DNA of 64,000 nucleotides from Verrucomicrobiaceae bacterium (GTDB lineage Bacteria; Verrucomicrobiota; Verrucomicrobiia; Verrucomicrobiales; Verrucomicrobiaceae): NCBI GenBank assembly GCA_027484445.1, contig JAIXSY010000038.1, positions 3,915 to 67,914 of the forward strand, read 5' to 3'. Shown piece by piece: positions 56,274 to 64,000 of this stretch (position 1 is its first letter; each line of letters starts with the position of its first letter). The notes under the pieces were generated by a model. It saw only the letters and a program-made list of their open reading frames with translations, ran no database searches and was not told where the DNA came from. The position numbers and the translations under genes were made by a program.

Positions 56274-57023
56274 TCAGAACTCCCAACCCTGCAATTTGGC
56301 AATCAGCGTGGGATCGGTGGTCACACCGCCGGGAGCCCGTTCGATGCAAAGAACCTCCGTCCCGATCCGGATCGAATATTCATCACGCAGGCCCGGCACG
56401 CGGACGACACTGCCATTCGTGCCTGAGTTCAGGGTGACCTCGCGGCCCGTGGCATCGACGCCAAAGACGGACGGTCGCAGACCTGGCGCGAAGGCGAAGT
56501 AGGTGGCTGTGCCATCGTTCCAGATGTGTACCGGCTTCAGCTTTTCATCGCCGGACCAAGCATAGCCGATATCCCGCGACCCGGATGCGACCTTGGCGGG
56601 GCGGGACGACGTGGTTTCCGGATAGCGCAGGACCAACCGGTAGATAGGGTTCCGCGAATGACCCTCGCTGATCGCCAGAGTGATCGTCCGCCGCCCGGTG
56701 TAGATCGTCATGTTGGTCTCGGCCCCGGCGATGACCGGCTTCACCGAGACGGTGGTGCGGTTTGAGAGAACCTCGACCTCGAAGGCCTCACTGTCGCCCA
56801 GGAGGACGGAGTCGATCCGCTCCCCGGCCCCAAGCTCGATGGCCGTATTGACGCGGAGCTGCGTGTCGAGACGGATCACATCGACCGGGTTGTAGAGGAC
56901 CGAGCGTACCCGGGCATCTGCGCCCATTGAGGCGGGGGCGGTTTCGGCGAGGAGCGGGGCCGTCGTACTGATCGCGACGCTGAGGCCGATCAGCAGCCCG
57001 GGTAGGAGAAGTGGACGGGTCAT
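56274..57023 (-). CDS. virB9: T4SS outer-membrane core protein
   Basis: DARVRSVLYNP, TNMTIYTGRR, WNDGTATYF, PSVF. Confidence 0.92.
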   Translation of the reverse strand: MTRPLLLPGLLIGLSVAISTTAPLLAETAPASMGADARVRSVLYNPVDVIRLDTQLRVNTAIELGAGERIDSVLLGDSEAFEVEVLSNRTTVSVKPVIAGAETNMTIYTGRRTITLAISEGHSRNPIYRLVLRYPETTSSRPAKVASGSRDIGYAWSGDEKLKPVHIWNDGTATYFAFAPGLRPSVFGVDATGREVTLNSGTNGSVVRVPGLRDEYSIRIGTEVLCIERAPGGVTTDPTLIAKLQGWEF

Positions 57024-57679
57024 GGATTGGTCTCCAGGGTTTCGGCATCGACGCGGTAAGCGGTGACGGTGAAGCCGAGGGGGTTTTCCCAGACATGGGC
57101 GAGGGAGCGTTCGGTCTTGGGTGCGAAGGTGAACTCAACCGTCGCGACGAAGGGCTGGGTGACGGGTTCCTGCTTCGCCTGGCGGAGGGATTTCAGGAAG
57201 CGGACTTGGGCCACATTGGCCGACAGGAAGGTGATCCGCCGCACAGTCACAGAGACCTCAGCGCCTGGGCCGTAGACATCAGGTGGATAGGCCCTGTTGT
57301 CGCCACCCTTGGACCAGAGAAGCCGCAGGCTTTCCTCGGCGGTCCCGCTCGAACGGCGCTGCACGCTTTCCAGCCGGGCTTGGATGCCGGGCAAGAAATA
57401 GCCCTCACGATCGGAGACATAGGCGACAAGCAGGCTCTGTTTCAGGGCCTCCTGATCCTCGATGCCGGTCGGGGTGACCTTCACCAGCTTTTCGGCATCG
57501 CCGGTCTGGCGATCAACCAGCACGGTGAAGACCTGGGTTTCTTTCAGGGGCAGAACCAGCACGAGGGCGGTGGCGAGAAGCAGCGACAGGGCCCCTGCCC
57601 CACCGGCCACAATCCAGGCCCGCCGCGCCGAAAGCCGCGGCTCCAGCACGAGGTCGACATCAAATCCATGCGCCTCCAT
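57020..57679 (-). CDS. virB8: T4SS inner-membrane protein
   Basis: Single TM segment, LPLKE, YVSDREGY, NPLGFTVTAYRVD. Confidence 0.92.
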   Translation of the reverse strand: MEAHGFDVDLVLEPRLSARRAWIVAGGAGALSLLLATALVLVLPLKETQVFTVLVDRQTGDAEKLVKVTPTGIEDQEALKQSLLVAYVSDREGYFLPGIQARLESVQRRSSGTAEESLRLLWSKGGDNRAYPPDVYGPGAEVSVTVRRITFLSANVAQVRFLKSLRQAKQEPVTQPFVATVEFTFAPKTERSLAHVWENPLGFTVTAYRVDAETLETNP

Positions 57680-57713
57680 CGGCGTTCCTTTCCTGTTGGG
57701 CATTTTTGGTGCC

Positions 57714-58733
57714 TCAGCTCTTGTCGGGAGTTCGGCTTGCAAGCCGCATCGCCACCTGCACCGCCGAGCGGCCGATCTGGCCTGCGGCATGGCCGGTGAG
57801 GCGCACATTGGACGGGCGACGCCCGCCCGCATCCATGTCTGCGGCACCCCGGACCGCGCCGATCATCCCGGCTGCGCCCGAGCGACCGTAACCGGCCATG
57901 CTGCCACCGGTGCGGAAGGTGGAGCTGGCCACACCACCGAGACCGGTCGCGGTCTGGGCCAGCGACTGCGCGATGGTCGGGACCATGGCCATGAGACCGG
58001 TACCGAGCATCATCACCACGACGAAGCTCAGGACATCACCGATGGTCTCGACCGTGGCGAGGTCGGAGGGCGTTAGATCCTCCGCGATATGGATCGTGAA
58101 GGCCGCCATTCCGGCGGTCAGCATCGGGTAGAAGGCGAAGCCCAGTGCCAAATTGACCCAGCGGTCGAAGATCGGTGCCGTGACCTTGAAGAGCGTGCAG
58201 GCGATGGCCACGGGGCCGAAGATCACCAGGACGCCGATCATGATCTTCGCGGCCGCGATCACGATGATCGAGATCGTGGCCATCAGGGCCGCGACGAGAA
58301 ACATCAGCAGGCCCGCCAAGGCGCCCGTGATGTAGCTGCCGTTCTGACTGATCGCTTGGCCGACATCGAGAGCCTTGAGGTAGAGGCTGTCGAGACCGTC
58401 GTAGAGGTTGCCCGAGGCATCCCCAAAGGCGTTCATGACGACGGCACCAAGCTCGCTCGGAGCGTTGGTCAGGACGCCATAGACCGCGTTGAAGTTGGTC
58501 CAAGACGAGAGGAATGCCGAGGCAGCGCCGATCCGGACCATCAGGCCGAGGCCGTTGCGCAGTGTCATCGGCACGGCCTGAACCATCAGGTTGACGCCCA
58601 CCAAGGTGACAACCAGTGCCGAACCCACCCGGAACACCGGCACGACTGAAGCGGCGACGGCCCCGAAGGCGGTTGCGCCAACGGAGGCAGCCGCAGCGTC
58701 GACCTGAGTGAGGATATCGGCGATGATGGCCAT
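57714..58733 (-). CDS. virB6: T4SS polytopic membrane protein
   Basis: Multi-TM protein, GPVAIACTLF..T..IFDRW; position in the operon. Confidence 0.9.
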   Translation of the reverse strand: MAIIADILTQVDAAAASVGATAFGAVAASVVPVFRVGSALVVTLVGVNLMVQAVPMTLRNGLGLMVRIGAASAFLSSWTNFNAVYGVLTNAPSELGAVVMNAFGDASGNLYDGLDSLYLKALDVGQAISQNGSYITGALAGLLMFLVAALMATISIIVIAAAKIMIGVLVIFGPVAIACTLFKVTAPIFDRWVNLALGFAFYPMLTAGMAAFTIHIAEDLTPSDLATVETIGDVLSFVVVMMLGTGLMAMVPTIAQSLAQTATGLGGVASSTFRTGGSMAGYGRSGAAGMIGAVRGAADMDAGGRRPSNVRLTGHAAGQIGRSAVQVAMRLASRTPDKS

Positions 58734-58736
58734 GGA

Positions 58737-59240
58737 TCAGTTGGCCCGGCAAGTCTTGGCGAGGTCGCGGTATTGCGCTTCGGTCGCGCGGCGATCTTGA
58801 TCGCGGATGTCTTCAAGTACGGTGCGATCGTCATCCTTCAGATCGGCGGCGGGTTTACCCAAGGCACCCGAGACGAAGTCGTCGAAGCTGAAGCCTTCAA
58901 ACATGCAGCCACAGGATTTGGCATCCAGCTGGCGCGACATCGCGGTGCGGATATAGGCCTGCCGCGCCACCGCATGGAACTTCCAGTCGGTGATCCCGCT
59001 CGGCAGATCGATGACGTCCTCGCACGTCCCGCCGCCCTGCCCCGCAAAGATCCCGACCCCACGCCGCTGCATCTCGGTCAAAAGCTGCAGAGCGTCCTCG
59101 GCATCCTGCGCCCCCACCGCTTCCCGAGTTTTCGCCAGGAGATCGAGATCGCTGACGGTGGTCAGGTCCTCAGCCCGGGTGAGGCTCGGGAAGAAGAGAA
59201 GGGCGACGGCCATCGCCGTCAGTAGGCGAGCGCTGCGCAT
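58737..59240 (-). CDS. Exported Cys-containing hypothetical protein between virB5 and virB6
   Basis: Signal peptide, four Cys, start overlaps the virB5 stop. Confidence 0.7.
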   Translation of the reverse strand: MRSARLLTAMAVALLFFPSLTRAEDLTTVSDLDLLAKTREAVGAQDAEDALQLLTEMQRRGVGIFAGQGGGTCEDVIDLPSGITDWKFHAVARQAYIRTAMSRQLDAKSCGCMFEGFSFDDFVSGALGKPAADLKDDDRTVLEDIRDQDRRATEAQYRDLAKTCRAN

Positions 59241-60034
59241 CAGTTTGCCCCCGAATAGTCGAAGAAGCTCTTCTCCTTGGCCTGCTCGGCGGCCCAGTTC
59301 ACACCGGCTTGCCCGGCAGCAAGGCCCGAAGCGGCATTGAGGCGCCACATCTGACCCAGCATGTAGTTGGTCTCGGCCGCCATGCGGGTGTTGAGATCGA
59401 CGCTGTCCTTCAGCGTCTCCTGATTGCCGATCTCCGCGACCAGGCCGTCGATCCGCTCAAGGCTTTGTGCAGCCTCGTCATAGGACATCTGGGCCATACC
59501 CATGGCCGTGGCACTCGCCGCAGCCGTGGCGGCGATACCCTTGTCCTGCGGGTTGGTCGAAGAGGAAAGACCTGCCAGGGTTTCCGAGGTGAGCCCGGCG
59601 TTGGCCAGCGTGTCCTGCATGTACTCGGCCGCCATCTTGTCACCCATGGTGACCTGGCCATCGAGGAGATCGTCCATCAGGCTGTCGAAGTCGCCGATTT
59701 CCAGCGCCTTGGTGAAGCCGGAGAGATCGGTGATCTTCGCCGCACGCGACCGCAGGTCCTGCGCCGAATTATAGAGGCTGGCGATCTCGTTCAGGCCCGA
59801 GATCGAGCCCAGGATGCCTTCCAGATTGGTGATCTGGTCGAGGCCATTCTGGACCTGCTTTTTCATCTCCTCTATCTGGGCGATCTGATTTTCGGCATCC
59901 TGCAGGGCTGCCTGCAACTGCTCGATGTTCTTGGCGAGGTTGGTGCCGTCGATCACCGGCACGCCTTGGGCGAAGGCCGCTCCCGTGAGGCCAAACGCCA
60001 TCAGGGCGACAGCCGCCATCCGATCAATTCTCAT
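59240..60034 (-). CDS. virB5: T4SS minor pilin
   Basis: Signal peptide then QGVPVID; helical; RIDGLVAEI...[11 protein letters not shown]. Confidence 0.9.
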   Translation of the reverse strand: MRIDRMAAVALMAFGLTGAAFAQGVPVIDGTNLAKNIEQLQAALQDAENQIAQIEEMKKQVQNGLDQITNLEGILGSISGLNEIASLYNSAQDLRSRAAKITDLSGFTKALEIGDFDSLMDDLLDGQVTMGDKMAAEYMQDTLANAGLTSETLAGLSSSTNPQDKGIAATAAASATAMGMAQMSYDEAAQSLERIDGLVAEIGNQETLKDSVDLNTRMAAETNYMLGQMWRLNAASGLAAGQAGVNWAAEQAKEKSFFDYSGAN

Positions 60035-61154
60035 GGGAATACCTCCAGAAATCCGAATATTGCAGGGCTTGCGAGGCGTCCGAGAGCCCCTTGGCGGCTT
60101 CGACCTTCACGGCCCCGGCGCGCAGGCGCAGCGTCAGAGCCAGGAGCCGGGCGCGCTCGGCCAGCATGTAGGTGTTTTGGTCTACAGCCTGTTTTGACGT
60201 CTCGGGCTTGGCCTCGGAGAGGAGCCCCGCGATCCGTGCCATCGCGGCCTCGATTTGGGCGCCACCTTCTGTCGAATAGCCCACGAAGGCCGAGGACATG
60301 TTGCCCCATTCGGCACTGGCACCTTCGACGCCGTAAAGCGTGCCGGTCACATCCGCGCCGGTGATCACAGCGAGATAGGCATCGTAGTACCCGGCGATCC
60401 GCCGCACGTAGTTCTGAGTTTCCTCGAAGGGCGGGATGCCGCCATATATTTGCACATTGCCCGGCCCGGCATTGTAGGCCGCAAGCGCCAGATCGACCCG
60501 CCCGAAGCTCTGCAGTTGGGTCGCCAGATACCGCGCGCCACCGTCGAGGTTCTGTTCGGGATCGCTCGGATCAACGCCGAGATCGGCGGCAGTGCCCGGC
60601 ATCAACTGGGTGAAGCCAAGCGCCCCAACCGGGCTGACGGCCGCATTGTTGAAGCCGCTTTCTTGCTTCACCAGCGACTGGAACAAGATGCGCCAGGTCG
60701 TGGGATTGAGCCCCGCTGCTGCGATCCCAGGATGCCCATCATAGCGATGGGCGGTGGCAATGATCATCGCCTCGACCGTGGCGCCATCGCCGAAGAGACG
60801 CTGCGCTTCGGGGGAGGTTTCCGTGACAGGATAGGTCTCTTCCACCGAGGGGAAATTCACCCCGCCCGTCTCGAACCCACTGACGTCTGTCCGGCCCGTC
60901 GTGTCGGCCAAGAACGCCTGATAGGCCGCGAGCTGCTCCGCCTCGATCTCGTTCAGGGATTTGTGGGTTTCGAGCTTCTCTCCCTGCTTCACGGCATCTT
61001 CGGCCTGTTCCGTGAGCCGCGAGATCAGATTCGACAGGCGTGAACCGTCGATGATCGGCACACCCTGCGCAAAGGCGGGCGCCGCGAGACCTGCGAAGTC
61101 CGCAAGGGCGGCGGCAATCAGAACGCCGGGAAGGAGGGAAGAGACGCGCGGCAT
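60024..61154 (-). CDS. Lytic transglycosylase (SLT) domain within a VirB5-like scaffold
   Basis: SLT motifs [34 protein letters not shown]. Both termini align with the neighbouring VirB5. Confidence 0.9.
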   Translation of the reverse strand: MPRVSSLLPGVLIAAALADFAGLAAPAFAQGVPIIDGSRLSNLISRLTEQAEDAVKQGEKLETHKSLNEIEAEQLAAYQAFLADTTGRTDVSGFETGGVNFPSVEETYPVTETSPEAQRLFGDGATVEAMIIATAHRYDGHPGIAAAGLNPTTWRILFQSLVKQESGFNNAAVSPVGALGFTQLMPGTAADLGVDPSDPEQNLDGGARYLATQLQSFGRVDLALAAYNAGPGNVQIYGGIPPFEETQNYVRRIAGYYDAYLAVITGADVTGTLYGVEGASAEWGNMSSAFVGYSTEGGAQIEAAMARIAGLLSEAKPETSKQAVDQNTYMLAERARLLALTLRLRAGAVKVEAAKGLSDASQALQYSDFWRYSHEN

Positions 61155-61162
61155 GTCCGAGG

Positions 61163-61399
61163 TCAGTTCCCGCAGGCCACGGAGTCAGGGGCACTCATCG
61201 TGCTGACGACGACGCGCGAGCCATCCGACTGGGTGTGGGTCGCAAAATACTTGCCCTCGGCGCGGAACTGACCGTGGCAGGGCGAGACGGCGCCGGTCTC
61301 GACTCCGGAACATGCGGATACGGCCGCCATTCCAAGCAGAACGGCCAGCGAGCGGAAACGGCTGCGCAGCTTGTGGCCCTGAGCGGTGCGGGGGGTCAT
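61163..61399 (-). CDS. Small lipoprotein (possible VirB7 equivalent)
   Basis: Basic N-terminus, hydrophobic core, lipobox VSA|C; 78 aa. Confidence 0.65.
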   Translation of the reverse strand: MTPRTAQGHKLRSRFRSLAVLLGMAAVSACSGVETGAVSPCHGQFRAEGKYFATHTQSDGSRVVVSTMSAPDSVACGN

Positions 61400-63783
61400 T
61401 TCATATCCTTCCAGAAGTCGGGGATTTGGCGCCAGCCGAAGGGGGCGCGATCCTCGCCGGAGCGCCCCCCGCCCAAGACCGCGAGCAGCGAACCGAGCGA
61501 GGCGAGGTCCATGTTGACGAAGACGGAATCTCCAGCCGAGCGCAGGAGCGCGAGGCGCAGCCCCCCTGTCGGCGTGCAGAGGAACTCGGCCTCTTTCTCG
61601 TTAAGCCGCAGGATGCGGTAATCCTCGGGGTTGGCACGCGGATTGGGGTAGAGAAGCTGCGTCACCACGCTTTCCGCGATGATCTGGCCGACCTTCGACT
61701 GCGTCAGATGCGTGGGCGTCTGGGTCAACATCATCACCGCGGCGTTCTTCTTCCGCATGGTGACGAGCCAGTCGTGCAGACGCTTCTCGAAGATCGGATC
61801 ATCCAGCATCTTCCAGGCCTCATCGATGACGATGAGGGTCGGGCGGCGATCCTCGATCACCCGCTCGATGCGGCGGAAGAGATAGGCCAGCAGCGCCGAG
61901 CGTTCTGTGCCGAGATCGAGGATCTCGGACATGTCGATGCCGACCACATCCTCGGCGAGGCTGATCTCGGACGCCGCCCCCGGCCCGAAGAGCCAGCCAT
62001 AGCGCCCGCCCTGCCCCCATTCCCGGACCCGGGCGACGAGATCGCCCTCGTCGTCGGTCGACGCGACCAGGGTGGCGAGCCCGTCGAAGTTCCGCAGGCG
62101 CGCATCGGCGCCCACGATCTGGCGGACGGCGGTATTGAGGCTGACGGTCTGCGCCGTCTCAAAACCGCGCTGTCCGGCCAGGATGTCACCCAACCAGTCG
62201 GTGAGCCAAGCGGCACCTCGTTCGTCGACCTCGGTCTGGAAGGGGTTCAGCCCGGTCTTCTCGCCGATCCGGATCGCGGAATAGCTGCCACCAAGCGCGC
62301 GGACGGCCATTTCCAGACCGCGATCCTTGTCGATGACGAGGATGCGGGCGTGAACCCGTCGCGCCTGTGCCATCAGGAAGGCCGTGCCGAGCGTCTTGCC
62401 GGAACCGGTGCGGCCCAGAACGAGGGTATGACCCGCGCTTGGCTCTTCGCCCCGGGTGCCCTTGTCGTGGAAATTGAAGCGGTAAAGGCTCGAGGTCACG
62501 GTCGGCAGACCGGTGATCGTCTCGCCCCAGGGTGATTGCGCCTTCGGTCGGCCCTCGGCCACCCGATGCAGGGCCGCGAGATGTGCGAAGTTGTTGGCGG
62601 AGATCAGCGCGGTGCGCGGGCGGTAGGACCAATTGCCGGGGGCTTGCGCGAACCAGCTGGCGCGGGCCGCAAAGCTCTCACGCACCAGCACAGCCCCGCA
62701 ATCTTGCCCGGCGCGCCAGACCTCGGAAGCCGCCTCTTCGAGCGCATCTGGGGTCTCGGCCGTGACCATCACAGTCAGATGATGCTTGCCGAAGACCTGT
62801 CGCCCGGAGGCGACATTGTCGGCCGCCTCGTAAAGCTCCTGCCGCAGGGTCTCGGCGGCATCTTCCGAGGCCCGCATCTGCCGCGCGGTCCGCTTGATGC
62901 GCTCCTCGATCTCGTTGTTCCGCGCCGGGGTGAAGCTGTTGGTGATGGTGATATCGAAGGGAAGCTCCAGCGCATCCAGCATCCGCGCCCAGGTACGCGC
63001 AGGATAGCTTTTGATGCCGAAGATCGTCCCATAGCGATGCCAACCGGCGCTCTCGATCTCTACCTGCTTGCCCCGGAAGGTGAACTGGCTGGTGGTCACG
63101 CTCTCGGCCAGGAACTGGCCGGTCATGGGAAGGGTTTTGACGACCGGCTGGCCGATCAGCCCGCCAAGGTAGCCCAGCCATTCGCCTGAACTGACCGTCA
63201 GTCGTCGTAACCCCATGCCCTGCGCGACCCCAGCCAAAAGTCCCATCGCCTCGTTGAGGCGCTCGGCGCGAGCGCCCATGTCATCTGAGAAGGCCGCTTT
63301 GAAGAGCGCGCCCATCAGGGGCAGGCGCTTCAGCGCTGTCGGGCGCAGGATCAGCGAGGTCATCAGCACCCGGCGCTTCAAACTCCGGCTTGCCAGATGC
63401 GCCTGCCAGCGGCGGTCGACCGCGAAAGCAAAGCCCTCACCGCCCCTCGCGTCGAGATCGGCATCGAAGCCTTTGAGGTGCAAAGTGGCCGGAAGGGTCA
63501 GTTTCGAGACGTGATAGCCGAAGCCCTCGCCTAGCTGACCGATCAGCCGCGCAAGCGAGGCCGGGACGAGGGCAAGCTCGCCCTCTTCCACCGTGAAACT
63601 ATCCATCCCATCGACCAGGGCCGAGGCGATGAGATCACCCTGCCGGGTCAGGATCAGATCGTCGCGCGGTGCCGACAGCCACGGTAGATGCCGGGCCAGG
63701 GGCTCGGCGCCGAGATCCTCGGGACGCAGGGCGGATTTCAGGGCCGGGGTGGCGGGAAAAAGGCTCTTCAGATCAGCTGACAT
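61396..63783 (-). CDS. virB4: T4SS ATPase
   Basis: Walker A GRTGSGKT, IDKDRG, Walker B VIDEAW, RKKNA..MLTQ. Confidence 0.95.
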   Translation of the reverse strand: MSADLKSLFPATPALKSALRPEDLGAEPLARHLPWLSAPRDDLILTRQGDLIASALVDGMDSFTVEEGELALVPASLARLIGQLGEGFGYHVSKLTLPATLHLKGFDADLDARGGEGFAFAVDRRWQAHLASRSLKRRVLMTSLILRPTALKRLPLMGALFKAAFSDDMGARAERLNEAMGLLAGVAQGMGLRRLTVSSGEWLGYLGGLIGQPVVKTLPMTGQFLAESVTTSQFTFRGKQVEIESAGWHRYGTIFGIKSYPARTWARMLDALELPFDITITNSFTPARNNEIEERIKRTARQMRASEDAAETLRQELYEAADNVASGRQVFGKHHLTVMVTAETPDALEEAASEVWRAGQDCGAVLVRESFAARASWFAQAPGNWSYRPRTALISANNFAHLAALHRVAEGRPKAQSPWGETITGLPTVTSSLYRFNFHDKGTRGEEPSAGHTLVLGRTGSGKTLGTAFLMAQARRVHARILVIDKDRGLEMAVRALGGSYSAIRIGEKTGLNPFQTEVDERGAAWLTDWLGDILAGQRGFETAQTVSLNTAVRQIVGADARLRNFDGLATLVASTDDEGDLVARVREWGQGGRYGWLFGPGAASEISLAEDVVGIDMSEILDLGTERSALLAYLFRRIERVIEDRRPTLIVIDEAWKMLDDPIFEKRLHDWLVTMRKKNAAVMMLTQTPTHLTQSKVGQIIAESVVTQLLYPNPRANPEDYRILRLNEKEAEFLCTPTGGLRLALLRSAGDSVFVNMDLASLGSLLAVLGGGRSGEDRAPFGWRQIPDFWKDMK

Positions 63784-64000
63784 GGCGATCTCCGCCAAAG
63801 GCTGCCTTGCCCCGCGTGCGCGGCGTGCGGGAAAAGACGACCGAGATCACCTCGAAGAGGTTCGGATTGCGGTCGGCGACGAACCAGAGGACCGGATAGC
63901 CAAGCACCCCGATCATGAGAAAGCGCCAGTCATTCGCCCCGACGAAGGGGATGACCGAGGCAAGCATCAGGCTCACGAAATAGCCGATCGGCAGGCCGAA
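63773..64000 (-). CDS. virB3: T4SS inner-membrane protein (5' partial)
   Basis: The frame is open to the window edge: FGLPIGYF...ADRNPNLF. Position upstream of virB4. Confidence 0.82.
   Translation of the reverse strand, partial: FGLPIGYFVSLMLASVIPFVGANDWRFLMIGVLGYPVLWFVADRNPNLFEVISVVFSRTPRTRGKAAFGGDRHVS

Larger units (their letters stand above)
1..64000. mobile_element. Conjugative plasmid or ICE (partial; both ends outside the window)
   Basis: Relaxase, MobC, VirD4 and virB3-virB11 are all present, together with typical backbone genes. No rep or integrase is in the window, so plasmid versus ICE cannot be decided. Confidence 0.9.

Noticed and set aside
1-64000. rRNA, tRNA, CRISPR, IS/transposase, integrase or replicase
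   Set aside because: None recognised by eye; small RNAs or degraded IS ends could have been missed without tools.

Overview
GC-rich alphaproteobacterial DNA (probably Rhodobacterales; host is an inference) forming most of a conjugative plasmid or ICE. No replicase, integrase, transposase, rRNA, tRNA or CRISPR array was recognised. Left to right: (1) 1-6.4 kb, mobile-element backbone: strawberry-notch methylase/helicase, toprim protein, DUF2493. (2) 6.5-13.3 kb, a lower-GC defence-type insert: a single-chain restriction-modification enzyme, a two-gene bacterial ubiquitination-like operon (Ubl-E2 fusion with no cysteine, plus JAB-E1 fusion), and a divergent Xre/RES pair whose RES protein looks catalytically degenerate. 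(3) 13.5-21.5 kb, DNA processing with a Ti-plasmid-like layout: virC2-like and virC1-like <- 370-bp 4-bp-periodic array and oriT candidate -> mobC, virD2-type relaxase, virD4. (4) 21.7-53.9 kb, about 32 kb of cargo: a two-component envelope/undecaprenyl-phosphate module, ABC exporter, multicopper oxidase, MerR/P1B-ATPase and SCO/PCuAC operons, NreAB/HupE nickel module, and a persulfide module. (5) 53.9-64 kb, a virB3-virB11 T4SS operon that includes a lytic transglycosylase built inside a VirB5-like scaffold. The best candidates for something new are the Ubl-E2/JAB-E1 operon with its degenerate TA-like partner, the VirB5-SLT chimera and the phased tetramer array. All family assignments come from motif recognition by eye; no database searches were run.
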